A stretch of 64,000 nucleotides of DNA from Amoebidium appalachense (lineage: Eukaryota; Protista; Ichthyosporea): positions 2,942,722-3,006,721 of the forward strand of contig CAVNZM010000013.1 of NCBI GenBank assembly GCA_963693365.1, written 5' to 3'. Below, piece after piece: positions 24,188 through 37,227 of the stretch; within the stretch, counting starts at the first letter, position 1, and each line of letters begins with the position of its first letter. The notes beneath the pieces were generated by a model. That model saw only the letters and a list, made by a program, of their open reading frames with translations, made no database searches and was not told the origin of the DNA. The translations under genes and the position numbers were made by a program.

Positions 24188-25177
24188 GTGGCAACCCACC
24201 CCTCCACCCCCCATGCCACTGCTCTCTTCCTTGCTCTGGACGGCGCTAGAACCGGCGATCCCTGTGCGATTTCCTTTTTGGTCGATTTGGCTCACGAGGA
24301 GGTTTCCCGCATTCTGATTGGACAGGAGGCCGGGGATGTCCCCTACAACAACACGTGCTACTCGGTTTGCGCGCCGCCGTTCAGTTACTATATATGGAAG
24401 GGACTGGGGTCCGCGGACCAATCGACGAGGGGGGAAGCCGCTGCCGTTCTCCAAATGCTGCACTCCACCGGTGTTTCTTTCATCGATGCGCACAGTGGAC
24501 ACCCCGCTCTTCTTTTCCCGTCGAACCTCCCCGCCGCGTCTCTTTGCGCTAAAGTCACGATGGGACCGGCCAATGAGAAAGCTTCATCTGGCGGTCACGT
24601 GACTGGGAGCCAACCGTCGGGGTCCGAGGCTCCCCCTCATCGTCCAATCGTATTCAATGGTGCGAGAAAGGAGCAGGTTGAGGCGACGTGTCGGTCTGTG
24701 GAGAGACTTGTGTCTCGGATGGTGGGGGAGGCTGATCCCTATTGGGGGAAGATCGTGGATTTCATCAAGGGGGGGCTCTATGGAACATTGTGGGGGACCC
24801 CGAAAAGCACTCAGAATTCCGTCATCATCAGCGCATGCGCGCCCCTGGTGAAACGAAACCCCAGATATCGTAAACACGGTCTGGATTCCGGTGAATTTGA
24901 GGTCCGGGCTCCCGAAGTCGCGGCGGTGGGTTGGGCATGCGAATTTGCCTCTAAGGCTGCGCTGAGCGTGTACCGAGAAATGCAGCAAAGTTACGAGAGC
25001 AAGGGGGGGTCCATTGATGAGCTGGCTGAAATTGCACGTACGGGGTTTGGGTGGGCAATGAAGTCGGTGGCATATGGAAACAAGGATGCGGAAAATTTGG
25101 GGCAGGAATGGGTGGACGCGTCAAGCTGGCTGGTGGGGAAACGGGATGAAAAAGACGGGAAAACGGTGGATGCCTGA
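24188..25177 (+). CDS. Hypothetical protein (5' end uncertain, possible acceptor ACACAG at 24100)
   Basis: ~1 kb ORF of normal globular composition among low-complexity DNA; no motif recognised. Confidence 0.55.
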   Translation: MATHPSTPHATALFLALDGARTGDPCAISFLVDLAHEEVSRILIGQEAGDVPYNNTCYSVCAPPFSYYIWKGLGSADQSTRGEAAAVLQMLHSTGVSFIDAHSGHPALLFPSNLPAASLCAKVTMGPANEKASSGGHVTGSQPSGSEAPPHRPIVFNGARKEQVEATCRSVERLVSRMVGEADPYWGKIVDFIKGGLYGTLWGTPKSTQNSVIISACAPLVKRNPRYRKHGLDSGEFEVRAPEVAAVGWACEFASKAALSVYREMQQSYESKGGSIDELAEIARTGFGWAMKSVAYGNKDAENLGQEWVDASSWLVGKRDEKDGKTVDA

Positions 25178-25607
25178 TTTCTTGGGTGACTAATTCGGAT
25201 GTTTGGATGGGGGTGGAGATGCTTTTCGTGGTGTGCATTTAGTGACCGGTCTACATCTGAAATTTCTGCACCAATCATCCCCCCCCCCCCCCCCCCCCCC
25301 CTCTTCCCCCCCTCCCCCCCCCCCAGAAAAAGAATTGATATGATACTTAGCCGGTCGTGCCGCACACATTCGAGAGAGCGGCCTTTCATTCAAAATTTGC
25401 AGTGTTTTGGTTGAAAAATAAATGAATACCTGTACCCTCTTCCGTTTTTTTCTCTGGGTTTCCCGGTGGACCTCTGGTTGATTATCTAGACGCTGGATAA
25501 ACTTTGATATACACGCATGTAGATATGCTATAGGCAGGCCTAGCTATAGGGCAAGCTGATGATATGATATATTGGCAATGGATAGATGTACTGTGTGCAA
25601 GAATGCC

Positions 25608-25956
25608 GGATATGAGATATCAATTCGTGAGATATAACAATATAAGATGCCTAAGTGAACTATGAGGATATAAGGATATATAGAGATGAGATATGAGGAT
25701 ATTGGATATCTATGTATGAGATGTTTCGTGGGATATTCATATATGAGATATGAAGATATGTGAATATGAGATATATAGCGATGAGATATGAGGAAATTAT
25801 ATATCTATGTGTGAGAAATCCAGATATGAGATATGAGGATATGAGGATATTAGATATCTATGTATGAGATATCCAGATATGAGACATGAGGATATGAGGA
25901 TATTTGTTATCTATGTATGAGATATCCAGATATGAGATATGAGGATATGAGATATC
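25608..25956. repeat. Degenerate GATATGAG-based minisatellite
   Basis: Repeated GATATGA(G) words organised into ~57 bp higher-order units. Confidence 0.85.
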
Positions 25957-26156
25957 TAATTAGCTAGCCTCCCTTATATTTTTTCAGATGGGCAACTCAC
26001 GGTGGTTTTCTGAGTCCCTTCCTCTCCTCATCCTTCATTTTATCACACCACCAGACAGAAAAACATGACCATCAAAAATTATACCTTCCCGACCCAGACC
26101 ACCACCCCACGTGTACACACACAAGCGCACGGTGCGTGCACGCACACGCGCGCGCG

Positions 26157-26206
<50 letters not shown>

Positions 26207-26964
26207 GAAAGATGCTCACACAACTTGTGGCACACACACGTATGCAAGCACCCGCGTGCACGTGCACATACATAGCTCACTGAACGCGCGCACAAGGGGC
26301 ACAAACACATGCATGCACACACACACACATCCATGCATGTGCACACGGGAGCACAAACACATGCATGCACACACACACACATGCATGCATGTGCACACGG
26401 GAGCACAAACACACACACACACCGTGACACACGCACACACACACACACATGCACACAATTGATTATTCATCGTCGATACCCCCCCCCCCCCCCCCCCCCC
26501 ATATCACCACCACCACCACCACAAAAAATCCCCCCAAGGTGCACCCAAGCGGGGGCGCTCTGATGTGTGCAGCGCCATAATCTTTCAAGTCCCCGTGCAC
26601 CTTTTAGGTGATCGGAGTGTTGACTAACCTTGATCACGTATTACTATATATAGCTAAAACATTACCTAGAAAAGCATTTTATTTGCGCGCCAAAGTTCCC
26701 TGTCCAAATTTCCATATTTGGCTAATCAGTCTAATCGAAACCCGCAACTAATATTAAGTGGGCCGGTTCCAAAATCTTCATAAGAAGCTGGCGGGGCGGG
26801 GCGGCTCTGCTAAAATCACATTGCTATTAACCATGTGTTGATAAAATGGTGGCATTCTAATGATGACGGTGGTGGTGTTGTGGTGTGTGTGTGTGTGTGT
26901 GTGTGTTTGGTGGTGGTGGTGGTGGTGTGTGTGTGTTTGGTGGTGGTGGTGGTTGTGTGTGCGT

Positions 26965-27023
<59 letters not shown>

Positions 27024-27201
27024 GGGGGATTATGCGGCCAGAGGGATGGAAATGTGGAGAAGACACCAAAGGACAAACCACAAAAATCACAAGAACGAAA
27101 ACCCCGAAATCATACAATTAAATTAATCGTGCAGGCAAAAGACATTTCGAACACAGCACATCATGAGAAAGACGGGGGGGGGGGGGGGGGGGGGGGGGGG
27201 G

Positions 27202-27345
27202 TTTGAATGCGGAACACAGTACGAAGTACGCATACACGATGAGAAGCATGGTGCAGGACACATGCAAAGGCAAACATTCAAGTATGCAGCATCAGCCATG
27301 CGCACAGTATGCGTCATAAGCAGAGCCCATCCTCAGGGAGGGCCC
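27202..27345 (-). mobile_element. Poly-C-anchored structured SINE-like repeat, subfamily 1, 5'-truncated
   Basis: Near-identical to part of the copy at 28661; abuts poly-G on the + strand. Confidence 0.8.
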
Positions 27346-27472
27346 TCCCCCCCCCCCCCCCCCCCCCTTCTCGACAACTCTGGGGGGGGGGGAGGGCATA
27401 TGTAGACCATTGGTTTTAATTTGACCATTTTATTCCCAAATTCCCAACCATCCCACGCGCGTGTATCACCAC

Positions 27473-27699
27473 TCAGTGGTGGCCGTGGGCATGGGGGTCG
27501 GAGGGGACTTTATAACCGATAAGATGCCGCCGACCAATGATCTCGCCGACATAAAACCATGTGAGAACCTCCACGACAATCAGAGTGTTGGTGGTGGCGG
27601 TGGTCAGGGAAACGTCCAGAAACTTGAGCTTCTTGGCTGAGTCCATCAGCTGTACGTGTGCGTGTGTGGGCGTAGATGTGTGTGTGTATGTGTGGGCGT

Positions 27700-27738
<39 letters not shown>

Positions 27739-28380
27739 AGTACATGTAAATGTGTACTTGTATGCGCATATGTGAGTGGGTGAATGAGGGGATGAGTGAG
27801 TCAGTGAGTCAGTGAGTCAGTGAGTGAGTGAGTGAGTAAGTGAATGACATTAAGTGAGTAGATTGTGTGCGTGTGTGTATGCTGTGTTCGTACGTGCACA
27901 CGCGTGTGTTAATTACAGCTTCCACAGCAATGCAAACAGCTAAACGACCATAATAGTACCACTTCAGCTTATTAGTATTGAATCATAATGGGTGATGTCA
28001 TGCGAAAATGAAAAAGGACATGCACACATCGTATTCCCGGACGCGCAAAGTATGTGTATGTGCGCGATTGTGTGTGTGTGTGTGTGTGTGTAACCGTGCA
28101 GCGAGCATCCATGCAACGAAGAAAGCCAAGCATGCGTGCGTGTTGTGACAGCTGTTTTGTAATTGTACAAGCTATGTGTTTCTGTTATGCAGTGTATGTA
28201 AGTTTGTGTGAAGTATGCTCGAGGGTGTGCACCCCTGTGCAAGACTGAGCGTGCAAATTTGTCTTTTTTTTTGTATGTGCCTTAACTTCAACGTGTACCC
28301 CGAGAAGTTTGTGTAAGAATACCCGTGCACACTTGTGCCCGTGTCTGTGTGTGCACGTACACGCGCACGTGTTCGTGTGT

Positions 28381-28411
<31 letters not shown>

Positions 28412-28630
28412 GGGGGGGATGCCCATATGTGTGGAGTGCCTGTGAGCACGTACACATGTGTGTGCGCGCATGCATGCATGCTCTTGCGTCATACAAACTG
28501 ACTAAACAGCAATCAAAAAGCTACCCCATACACAAAGAAAATGCACCATATGCAGAGCCCAACCTCAGACGGGCCCCCTGTAGGAAGGGCGGAGGAGTTT
28601 TTTTTTCCTTTTTCTTTTTTTTTTTTTTTT

Positions 28631-28662
<32 letters not shown>

Positions 28663-30282
28663 TGAATGCGGAACACAGTACGAAGTACGCATAGACGATG
28701 AGAAGCATGATGCAGGACACATGTAAAGGCAAACATTCAAGTATGCAGCATCAGCCATGCGCACAGTATGCGTCATAAGCAGAGCCCATCCTCAGGGAGG
28801 GCCCAAGTCATCAATTGCGTCTGAGTTTCGACCCCTTAGCCCGCGTATATACGACGCTCCAACTCAGACAGCAGCATCAACTGAACTTGGGTGGGTCAAC
28901 CCGTCTTGATCAAAGACGAGCAGGGTTGCTTATGCAAGCAAGGTGAGCAAAACGGTGAAGATGTGTGTGCAAACTAATGCAGTGCAGCGACAAACGCGTA
29001 TGTGCTTACAGATGCACGACACAGAGCAACCATGCCCGGTTGCATGGAAGTAAAGATGTCTCCACACAGTGGTCTGTCCTGAAAGGGGGGGGGGGGGGGG
29101 GGGGGGGGTTGACAGTGCAGGGATACAACGTGCAGAGTGTGTGTGAGTGTGTGTTGTATGTGTCGGAGTGGTGTAACCAAAGAAACACGAACACTACCAG
29201 GCAATAACCGCTTGCTGCCAACAATAAAAACAATCAAAACCAGTGGTAGTTGGGGTGGTGGTTTGGGGGAGGGGAAGGGGGGGGGAGGTTGTGCAAGTGT
29301 GTGTGTGTGTGTGTGCGCGTGCACGCGCGCGCATGTGCGGAAAGAGAAAAAGGGGAAGAAAGGGATTTGTGTGTGCCTGGGATGTGTATATGTTTGTGTG
29401 TGTGTGTGTGTGTGGGAAAAACGGAGGAGGGAGGAGGGAGGAGGGAGATGGAGGAGGAGGAGGTGGTGGTGGTGGGGTGTGGTTGGGGGGGGGGGGGGGG
29501 GGGGGGGGGTTTGAATGCGTCAAAAAGTACGAAGTACACAAGAACAAACGGATAACACGATGCAGAATGCAAGCCATACATAAAGAGTATGCATAATAAG
29601 CAGAGCCCATCCTCAGGGGGGGCCCACGTCATCCACAGTACCCGAGTTTCGACCTATTCCCCTGGAGGGATTTGGAATGTGTTGTAGAGTGCAAAGTATA
29701 CATTAACCACGGCCACCACAATGCCCACTGCGGGCCATACGTGGACGCATCAGCAGGACGTACGTGGTGGGGGAGAACAAAGGGGAGGAAGGCGGAGAGA
29801 GAGGGAGAGAGGGGGGGGGGGGGGGGGGGGGGGAGGGAGGGAGGGAGGGAGGGAGAGAGAGAGAGAGAGGGAGAGAGACAGAGAGAGGGAGGGAGGGAGA
29901 GAGGGGGGGGTGGGGGGGGGAGACAGAGAGAGAAGGAGAGAGAGAGACAGAGAGAGGGAGGAGGGAGAGAGAGTGTGTGTGTGCGTGTGTGAGAGTAAGA
30001 GAAAGTGAGAAAGAGAGAAAGAGGAGAGAGAGAGAAAGAATCCTCATGCTGCGCTGCAATTTTTTAAATACATCATTTATAGAAGTTTTAAAATCACGCA
30101 CCTTCATGGCGTGGTCGCGTGCGGCTGGCCATGTGTCCATGGTGGGGGGGGCAAGCTCGGCACGGAGGGTCGGCCAGAAGTCGGGCTTGGCCGTCATCTT
30201 GGGCATGGGCACACTCTTGAGCGCACCTGTGTGTGTGTGTGTGTGTGTGTGGAGGGGGTTGTTGTGTGTGTGTGTGTGTGTG

Positions 30283-30316
<34 letters not shown>

Positions 30317-31603
30317 AAGGGTGGTGTGTTTTGAAAAGTGTGTGTGTGTGTGTGGTGGTGGTGGTGGTGGTGGGGGGGGGACAGGTGTGGTGTGTGTGGG
30401 TGTGGTGTGTGTGTGCGTGCACACGCATTTGCGGCCGACAAGTGGGTTTTGGGGGAAAAGGGGGGGGGGGGGGGGGGGGTTTGAATGCGTCAAAAAGTAC
30501 GAAGTACACAAGAACAAACGGATAACACGATGCAGAATGCAAGCCATACATAAAGAGTATGCATAATAAGCAGAGCCCATCCTCAGGGGGGGCCCACGTC
30601 ATCCACAGTACCCGAGTTTCGACCTATTCCCCTCGTTAACGAAACCCAACTCAGATACTGTTTCACTTGAACATGAGTAGGTCACCCGTCTTGATCAGAG
30701 ACGAGCAGGGTTGCTTATGCAGGCAAGGGCAGTGGGAAAGGCCGGGGGTTAAGGGGGGAGTGTTAATGCATAGAACATATGGAGGGTACAGGCAAAAGAC
30801 CTAAGCACATTTGAAAAATATACGAGACAATAGACATGCCCCATCCCCCCCTTCGGGGGAACATCTCAACAATCTTGTGCGTGCGCGCGCGCGCGCATAC
30901 ATACATACATACACACACACACACTCGCGTGCGCGCGCGCACACACACACACATGCTCAACCTCTATCCTTTTCCCTCTTCATCCTTCCCCCTACCCAAG
31001 GAGGCATACGTGTGTGTGTCAAGCTTCGACTGTCAACAAATGTGCGTGTGAAACTGACATGTAGCCATGCGCCCTACTCCCCCTCCCTCCAGCCCTCCAC
31101 ATACACACACGCGCGCGCGCGCGCGCATGTGCGCGCACATCACCAAAACATAGATGTTGTCTGTTCCCATCCCTTTTGTGGCAGAAGGGACGGCAGACAC
31201 ATACAAAATGAAGTATCGGAAGCATGACGTGACTAATCCCTCGACAAGAATGCCACACAGTTTCTTGTATGTGTGTGTGTGTGTGTGTGTGTGTATACAC
31301 ACATACACAGCACACAGCACAAAATGCATACATGCATGGAAGAGCACGCAGCGGGAAAGAGAAGCACCTACAAGTGAGAGAGAGCATGCTACACACACAC
31401 ACACACACACACACACACGCGCGCGCTTGCGCAAACACGAGCATATGGCAGCTGCAGGTAAACACACAGCAACTAGCACACGTAAACCGACCAATACCAA
31501 GACATTAAACAAGCATATGCACAAAAAGAAAAAAGAACTAATAAGTAGGCCCAACAAAACACCCACTCCCTCAGGTGTGTCTCTCTCTCTGTGTGTATGT
31601 GTA

Positions 31604-31646
<43 letters not shown>

Positions 31647-31735
31647 CAGGCGTGTTTTTCCGCATGGGTCAGCCTGACACATGAGGCTGCGCACACCTGC
31701 ACACACACACACACACACACATACACATGCGCACG

Positions 31736-31795
<60 letters not shown>

Positions 31796-32386
31796 CACCC
31801 GAACCCCACACAAAGACAGAAGACCACACATGCGCACACACACACACCCCTGCATGCTCTGGAAGACACGCACACAAACCTGCATTGAAGGCGAACCATA
31901 TGCTTCACAAACGAAGGAGTCACACACACGCGGGTACATAGACACTCACTCATTCCCACACACAAATCTATCTATCAATGTCACTCCAGCTGTAACACGA
32001 CCATCCCGCCCCTCCACCTCCTTCCCTCACCTCCCCTCCCTCCCACCAACCTCTTCAACACGCACACCAACACACGCCCTCCACAATTTCTTTGTATGTG
32101 CTTGCAAATCCAAACCGCATACACATGTTTTCTCCAACGCTCACATACTCATAAGTCCCATCCCATATAACCCCTTATCATTAAGCGCTACCCTTCCCCC
32201 CCCCCCAACACCCCCTCCCACCCCCACCTCCACCCCGCCCTCTCTCTCTCTTCCCCTTACACATCTCTCCCCTCCCTTTCCCTTCCCCAACGCACACACA
32301 CACAATCACTCACCCTGAGCGGCGCCAAGAGCGGATCCTGCGAGCTTCTGGCCCAGGCCCATTGCCTTCTGAACGTACTGTGCCAT
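27473..32386 (-). CDS. ATP5MG: Mitochondrial ATP synthase subunit g (3 exons, ~124 aa)
   Basis: Exons 32386-32314, 30226-30102 and 27649-27473 with GT-AG sites and consistent phases; RAELAPPT and EVLTWFYVGEIIGRRHLIGYKV signatures. Confidence 0.93.
28661..28943 (-). mobile_element. Poly-C-anchored structured SINE-like repeat, subfamily 1, long copy
   Basis: Shares ATAAGCAGAGCCCATCCTCAGGG, GAGTTTCGACC and CCCGTCTTGATC…GACGAGCAGGGTTGCTTATGC with the subfamily 2 copies. Confidence 0.8.
29510..29663 (-). mobile_element. Poly-C-anchored SINE-like repeat, subfamily 2, 5'-truncated
   Basis: Identical to the corresponding part of the copy at 30480. Confidence 0.8.
30480..30748 (-). mobile_element. 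Poly-C-anchored SINE-like repeat, subfamily 2, long copy
   Basis: Apparently identical to 38645-38912; lies in ATP synthase g intron 1. Confidence 0.85.
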
Positions 32387-33076
32387 TTTTCGTCTTCGAA
32401 AGCGAAAACCCGCACCCACACACGTGAAAGCGTAAGGAAAAAAAACCAAAACGCTCTGAAAAAGAAACGAAAAATGGCAGATTCTTCAAAGCGCGCGCCA
32501 GCACCGGGCGAACCGGCATGGCCCCGATGGGAAATGTTGAGCCAATGGGAATGCAGAAACAAATGTTTTAAATCATTGTTGGTTTATGTTGATAACGTTT
32601 GCGCAAGATTTCCTTGATACCGTGCTCGAGTAACATTTTGTCATTTAGTCGTTTGTGATTCGATCGAGGCTTCCTCAACATCCGCCCCCCCCCCCCCCCC
32701 CCCCTCCATATCCCTATGGCCCCCTTCCCCCCCCCCCCCCCCCCCCCCGCCCAAAAAAAAAAAAAAAAGACTCACACACGCAAACAAAAAAACAAACACA
32801 CACACACATATCAAGCACTATCACCCATAGACACACAATTAAACCGTAACACACGCGCGCGTAACACGCACACATGCACGGATGTCCGTTTCACACTGTG
32901 CGCGCGCTACTGGTTGCCCCCTGCCAGCCCTGAGTCACGCCGGCCCTCCCCCCCCTCCCACCACCCCCCCCTCCCCCCTCCCCCCCCCCCCCTTTCCCCC
33001 TCCTCCCTTCCCCCTCCTCCACAACCCTCCCCCCCCCCCCCCCCCCCCCCTCCCCCAACAACCCCCCGCCCCTACC

Positions 33077-33141
<65 letters not shown>

Positions 33142-33702
33142 AAAAAAAATACATACACACACACATACACACACACGCGCGCGCGCGGGCGCCCGCAGAT
33201 CGACATGCACACATGCGTGTGCGGAAATGAAACACACAGCCCACCCACCCATCCACCTACACACACAGTCACGCACACGTACACAGACACACACACACGT
33301 GCACCCGGTGCACACACACACACATGTACTCACTCACACACACACATGTACTCACACGGCACACACACACTGTAAACGCACGTGATGATACACACATGTA
33401 AAAACTCACCCACACACACACTCCATACACACATACACACACACATGCATACACAGTCACACAAACACACGGCAAACGACACACCACAGGTAACTATTAG
33501 CTGTCACGTACACACGCACACGTTGCACGCACATCCGCATCCACACGGCACACGTAAAACAACCACCCTCTCGACCCACGTGCACCCACATGATACTACA
33601 CCGCATCACTCAGTCTGGCACAATATTATTAAATGTGATACTCTCGAATACTTATGTTTATGCCATGCTCACACCAATCACACACAATATTGCTCCAAAT
33701 TA

Positions 33703-33749
<47 letters not shown>

Positions 33750-34505
33750 AAAGAAAAAGGCAATAACGGCTGATCCATATGCATACAGGTCCCACAGTTG
33801 GACACAGAATTTAACATTTTCCGCATAATACTCGGTGTTGTTGTTTGTGTATACCATATGGAAGCGCCAATAATGAGTACCGATTGAATATACTGCGGTG
33901 TGCACGTGGTGATCATGATATGCAGCACTGGTTATTTTTTTACAAGCTCTATGGTATATGAGGAACTTGCTAGCCACCCGGCCCCCATATTTTCTTGCAG
34001 TTTAAGGGCAACTTGATATATAATTATGTTCTTTATTGGCAAACCTCTGTGATAAAAAATCGATTGGAGAAGTCTCTGGTGTTGCGAAGCCACATGCATG
34101 GCAACCTGGTGACGTCACGCAACAATCTTGGAGTTGCCATCAAATGTCGACTGAGCCGGCCAATCATGTTTTGCCATTTGGAGCCATTTTCAGAATAGTC
34201 CAATCAGAAGATTGCATTGACAGCATTTCGATGTCGTCATTCAGACTCGTCAAGCCGGCAAGCACCCTTTGTAGTTACACCATATACAAAGTATCGTTAT
34301 TAGAGTAAAGTTCAACTTTTTTTTGCATAAAACGAAGGATAAGTGTATATTCTAATCTCGTGCAACTCTTATTTGGTTAGTTCCTATCAACTTCATGTTC
34401 ACATTAGAGCACAAACTGACTCATGTCAATGTCAGTTGACTAGATGTCGATCTCGTGGAAATTACGGATCTGAACAGGTTAATTGGCGGACTGACCATAA
34501 AGGCC

Positions 34506-34536
<31 letters not shown>

Positions 34537-34670
34537 AAAAAAAAAAAAAAAACAAGGGTTTTAGAAACGTTACTACGCACCGCAACCACATCTTGAACTT
34601 TGGATGGTCCTATAGCTATAGTGAACGGCATGTGTAAATTACCAGCGAAAACGGTGGGTGATCTCCCAGG

Positions 34671-34733
<63 letters not shown>

Positions 34734-35640
34734 GGTTGAATGTACACGTACATGGGCACGCGGATACTATTATCCACCTTGTGTATTTGCATACCTCTTG
34801 TGTTTGCGCCACAGACGCACAATTGCATGGCTTTCTTGCATCCCCGCATATATATAACATGTCCAACAACTACAATATTTTTTTAATCGTGGTTTTGTAT
34901 TGGCAATCGCGGATAACAGCAATGGCACGTATACCATATATATTTTGATTATATTCACGTAGCGTTAAAACAGAATATATTTCCTGAAAATGAAATGCCC
35001 ATCCATACTTTGTAACATCAGCTTGCTTTGCCTGTTTCACCAAGAATAAAATCAAAATCCCGGGTGTGAAAAACAATCGACAACACCAAGAACAACAAAA
35101 CATCCAGATTATCATATCGTAATACGCAAATGTATGGGTGAGGTGACAGGTACGTAACATATACAGGCACGGTGGCCACCCAGCAGTCGCGATATGAGAG
35201 AGTTTTAAAATGATTGCTACAATACGGATATCTACTAATAGGTGTCGTTTGTAGGGTTCTCCCAGAAAGAAAAAGGCTTAGGGGGGGTGCAGGGCAAAAA
35301 AAAAATAAAAAAAATAAAATAATAACCCTTGTAGTCCCCTGAGGCGGTATATATTTATAGGCACATATTTATAGGCACAACGTTGTCAAAAAAAGAAGGG
35401 AAGAACAGAAAAAAACTCCAAGCAGCCGAAAAAACAAGAACAAAAAAAGAGTATAGAGCATCGGAACCAGCCAGGAATTATAATCTCACCATACTCCACC
35501 CAATCAACTTTCAGCTTTAACCCCTCGTTCACTTCACTTCATTCAAGTTCATACAAAATAAACAAATAACTCCAATCCAACAATCCAACCGGGTCACTAG
35601 ACCGCCGCCCAGCAACACGAAACTCGTGATAACCATCCAA

Positions 35641-36001
35641 TCAAGACACAGCGTTGCCCATGTCCAGAAGTCTCTTCAACTCGGGCTGCCTTAAAGGTTT
35701 CGGCAGACACTCGTCCATCCCCATCTCCATTGCCTTTTTTGGGTCGCAGTTTGCAGTCACCCCCACCACGAATTGCCTCTCCCTGCGCTGCTGCTGCATT
35801 TCCCACTCCCTGTGATATTTGATTGGTCGAGAGTGGTGAGACGGTTTTTGGCACAAAATAACACATCCCAGGGAAAGGTGGGGGGGGAGGGGAAAGAGAA
35901 GACAGAGAGAGAGACGGTTTAAAAAGGGTAGGACGGGGTCGGTGGGTCGGTGGGTGGTTTGTTGGGGGGGTGGGTGGGTGGTGGGTGGGTGGGGTGGGGG
36001 T

Positions 36002-36036
<35 letters not shown>

Positions 36037-36298
36037 GACGGGGGGAAGAACAACACAGTGCCTCAAGCCACCAAGCCACTCGTTTATTGACATTGGCATA
36101 AGCCATCTCATGCAAACGTGAATGAGCAGAAAGAGTATGCAACTGAAGTAGACACCGGGGGGAGGGGGAGGGGGGGGGGGGGAGATGGAGCTTGCGTGTG
36201 CATGTGCAGGTGCACACGTGTGCGTGGGAGTGTGTGAGTGTGACACGTGCACGTGTGTTTTCGTGCACGTGCACGAGAGAAAGAGAGAGGGGGGGAGC

Positions 36299-36370
<72 letters not shown>

Positions 36371-36700
36371 GGAGCGGACGTGATAGGGAGAGAGGGGGGG
36401 GGGGGGGGGGGGGGGAGTAAGAGAGAGAGAGAGAGCCAAAAGGGAGAGAGCAATACCTCAGTGCACGTACGGCCTGGTACCCATTCATCACAGGCATCAT
36501 TATGTCCATCAGCACAAGATCATATACTCCCTCCTGCATGCGCCCAAGCCCTTGCTGCCCGTCTGCCGCCGTGTCAACCATACACCCGAGGTTTTGCAGC
36601 TGCCGGCTCAGAAGCTTGAGAACGAGGGTGTTGTCTTCCACTACTAGAACCTGTGGTGGGTTTGAGTGTGGGTGAGGGTGTGAGTAACGGGGGTAGGGGG

Positions 36701-36763
<63 letters not shown>

Positions 36764-36886
36764 GAGAGATCAAGGAAGGTGTGGGAGGCATATAAAGAGA
36801 GAGAGAAAGAGAGAGAAGAGGGGAGCGGGGGGGGAGGGGAGGGGGAGGAGGGGCACACGCACACACACACAACACACAAACACACA

Positions 36887-36963
<77 letters not shown>

Positions 36964-37113
36964 GGGGGGGGGGGGAGGGGGGGGCAAGTCAATAAGTGCC
37001 AACCACGCGACGATGCTTAAGTTTGCAGCAGTAAGCAACAAGCAAGAACCATAGGTGGGTAGGTAAGTGGTGGTGGTGGTGGTGGTGGTGGTGGTGGTGG
37101 TGGTGGTGGTGGT

Positions 37114-37182
<69 letters not shown>

Positions 37183-37186
37183 GTGC

Positions 37187-37227
<41 letters not shown>

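Noticed and set aside
30585-30625. Hammerhead ribozyme in the repeat core (CGAAAC…GUA…CUGAGGA on the element strand)
   Set aside because: The core words occur in type II order, but stems I and II cannot be paired, so it is not a canonical hammerhead.
30480-30720. tRNA- or 5S-derived SINE head, or a Fanzor/TnpB omega RNA
   Set aside because: There is only a weak B-box-like GGTCGAAAC and patchy 5S-like words, with no cloverleaf and no nuclease ORF in the window.
35232-35260. Second Helitron 5' end (A|TCTACTAATAGG)
   Set aside because: No matching 3' hairpin plus CTRR was found nearby.
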